Shown: positions 25,353-27,107 of the stretch, in pieces
How positions within the stretch are numbered: the first letter of the stretch is position 1
How the letters are laid out: the number at the start of each line of letters is the position of its first letter
From: a virus
Taxonomy: Duplodnaviria; Caudoviricetes
Direction: 5' to 3' (one strand)
Length of the DNA: 27,107 bases
IMG/VR virus record: IMGVR_UViG_3300031605_000700
Location: 1 to 27,107 of that record
Position numbers and translations under genes: made by a program
The notes under the pieces: model-generated
Seen by the model: the letters and a program-made list of their open reading frames with translations, nothing else
Told to the model about the DNA's origin: nothing
Databases searched by the model: none

Positions 25353-26231
25353 ATGAAACAAATTCATGTAGAGGCCAGCAGTTATTGTAATGCTCGTTGC
25401 CCATTGTGTCCTAGAAGTTTGTACGGATACAAAGTAGAAGGTGTATATCCAGAAGTACATTTACAGTTAGATAAGTTTAAAGAATGTCTAGAACAATTCC
25501 CAAATAGAGAGCTTGTATATTTTAATGGTAATTTAGGTGATCCTATGATGAATCCAGATATATTACAACTAGCATTAATTACTAATTGCACAACAAGTAT
25601 TACTACCAATGGAAGTATAGGATCTAAAAACACATGGCAACAGTTAGCCAAACATAATATTCAGGTTGTGTTTAGCATAGACGGCCTAGAAGATACTAAT
25701 CATTTATATAGACAAGATGTAGAATGGAATAAAATTATGGACAGAGTAAAATGGTTTGTTGATACTGGTGGTAATGCTACATGGAAGTTTATTGTGTTCC
25801 GTCATAATATGCATCAAGTAGAACAAGTTAAAGAACTATCTAAAGAGTTAGGATTTAAAGATGTTTGGATAGAAGACCATGGAAGAAATTATGGACCTGT
25901 ATTAGATAAAGATGCAACTGTTACTCATTGGATACTACCTGCAGACGGATCGCTTGAACCAAAATCTTATTATGTTAAAGAAGGAATAGAAAGATATAAA
26001 CAAACTCATGCAAACTTTATACCTGAAGAGAAAGTATATAATATTGTTTGTGAACACGAAAGAGATAAGAGTGTTTTTATAGATGCACAAGGAAGAATAG
26101 GACCTTGTTGTTATCAAGGCTTTGACCTTCCTGAGTTACCTTTTGTACAAATAAAAGACTTTCCTGAATTAAAAGAATCGTGGACTACAAAGAAATGTAA
26201 TCCTGTATGTGCGTTAAGTTGTGGAAGATAA
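25353..26231 (+). CDS. Radical SAM protein with C-terminal SPASM/twitch (paralogue of 7724-8722)
   Basis: CNARCPLC, GNLGDP, TTNGS, FSIDGLEDTNHLYR, GRIGPCC...CALSC. Confidence 0.9.
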   Translation: MKQIHVEASSYCNARCPLCPRSLYGYKVEGVYPEVHLQLDKFKECLEQFPNRELVYFNGNLGDPMMNPDILQLALITNCTTSITTNGSIGSKNTWQQLAKHNIQVVFSIDGLEDTNHLYRQDVEWNKIMDRVKWFVDTGGNATWKFIVFRHNMHQVEQVKELSKELGFKDVWIEDHGRNYGPVLDKDATVTHWILPADGSLEPKSYYVKEGIERYKQTHANFIPEEKVYNIVCEHERDKSVFIDAQGRIGPCCYQGFDLPELPFVQIKDFPELKESWTTKKCNPVCALSCGR

Positions 26232-26240
26232 CGTATTAGA

Positions 26241-26678
26241 TTAAATGTCTACCCAATTAGTTCCGTCAAACTCTTGTTCTCTACCGTTTGCTGGTGTTTC
26301 TGCATCTACATCGTAAGCTATACCTAAAATATTTGCTCTAGCAAAAAACTTGTCAGCCGCACTTAAAGCCGCTTTATCTTCTGTAAATTTTACCGCGTGT
26401 GATTTAGTTGCCGCATTTTCTACTATACCAAAGCCACGTGCCATAATTAATCCGCCTGATTGACCAGCATCTATGCCAGCTTGAGGAAGTTTCCAACCTA
26501 ACCATGTGCAGTTTGCTTCGAACATAGTTAATGCATCTGCATGAAAAAAGTATGCTTTAGCGTCATCTACGTTTGCAAAATTATTGGTAGTCACGGTGCC
26601 ACTTCCATCAGCTTTATGTTCGCAGTAAAGCATATACTGAACGTTGTGTACACCAAATGTTGTATCCGAATTTGTCAT
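26241..26678 (-). CDS. Hypothetical Ala-rich protein
   Basis: 145-aa ORF with AGGAG RBS. Confidence 0.75.
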   Translation of the reverse strand: MTNSDTTFGVHNVQYMLYCEHKADGSGTVTTNNFANVDDAKAYFFHADALTMFEANCTWLGWKLPQAGIDAGQSGGLIMARGFGIVENAATKSHAVKFTEDKAALSAADKFFARANILGIAYDVDAETPANGREQEFDGTNWVDI

Positions 26679-26706
26679 GTTTTAAATCTCCTAATAATAC
26701 TTATGC

Positions 26707-27107
26707 TTATTTACCATAGTACACCACGTTATCGGCCTTAGGATATGTTCTCCATGGGTCAAATATTATAGTGTCATTATCTGCTGTTATTTTGTCTGTT
26801 TCGTGTACTCTTACAATCACATCTACTTTAGTATATAGAGGCCACTGTGCCCACGTTCCTTGTACTATTTTACCACCATGCTTATTAACGTAATATTGCA
26901 CAAGTAATGAGTATGACCCATCAACTAATGTTGTGTTAGATTTGTAAGTATCTGATGTAAAGTGTATATTTTTACCGTGCTTTAGTATTGTTTTTGCCAT
27001 ATTCTCTGCTTGTTTTTCACGAGCAGACATTATACTTTCAAATAAATCATAGCCTAAGTCTAGTTCTTTAGCTAACCAACGTAGGGCAATATTATCTCGT
27101 GGATGAC
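26707..27107 (-). CDS. ugd: UDP-glucose/GDP-mannose dehydrogenase family, C-terminal part (runs off window end)
   Basis: Frame extends beyond the ORF-track start: (C)HPRDNIALRWLAKELDLGYDLFESIMSAREKQA, matching the catalytic GGxCxP(K/R)D region; then YKSNT..VDGS and IFDPWR of the UDP-binding domain. Confidence 0.85.
   Translation of the reverse strand, partial: HPRDNIALRWLAKELDLGYDLFESIMSAREKQAENMAKTILKHGKNIHFTSDTYKSNTTLVDGSYSLLVQYYVNKHGGKIVQGTWAQWPLYTKVDVIVRVHETDKITADNDTIIFDPWRTYPKADNVVYYGK

Noticed and set aside
448-26741. Antisense or nested ORF-track entries (e.g. 9174-9530, 12303-12602, 18032-18451, 19033-19467, 24042-24416)
   Set aside because: They are shadows of well-supported genes, with no start signals or recognisable motifs.
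1-27107. Stop-codon reassignment as in some large phages
   Set aside because: Genes are full length under the standard code, and TAG (19041) and TGA (5626) act as stops.

Overview
AT-rich, densely coding segment of a large dsDNA tailed phage with T4-like transcription signals. The host is probably an aquatic alphaproteobacterium, possibly SAR11-like; this is an inference from a DUF1178 gene, a TTT transporter and low GC. Contents: class Ia ribonucleotide reductase (nrdA, partial nrdB), a beta-helix tail/tailspike-like protein, a PD-(D/E)XK exonuclease, five radical SAM/SPASM-twitch enzymes, an SGNH hydrolase, a block of probable late/virion proteins, a ligase-motif (DUF6267-like) protein and a partial UDP-glucose dehydrogenase. 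The most striking unit is a translationally coupled operon: methyltransferase, P-loop/sulfotransferase-like, DUF2061, P-loop/sulfotransferase-like, methyltransferase, TctA, TctC, followed by a 2OG-Fe(II) oxygenase. Non-coding signals include a recurring TAAATA-N4T-ATG leaderless late-promoter architecture, several consensus sigma70 promoters, three intrinsic terminators, a helically phased array of six AGGC units, a probable FkbM methyltransferase relic and several small ORFs missed by the ORF track. No tRNA, rRNA, CRISPR, intron or intein was seen. All family calls come from motif recognition by eye, not database searches.
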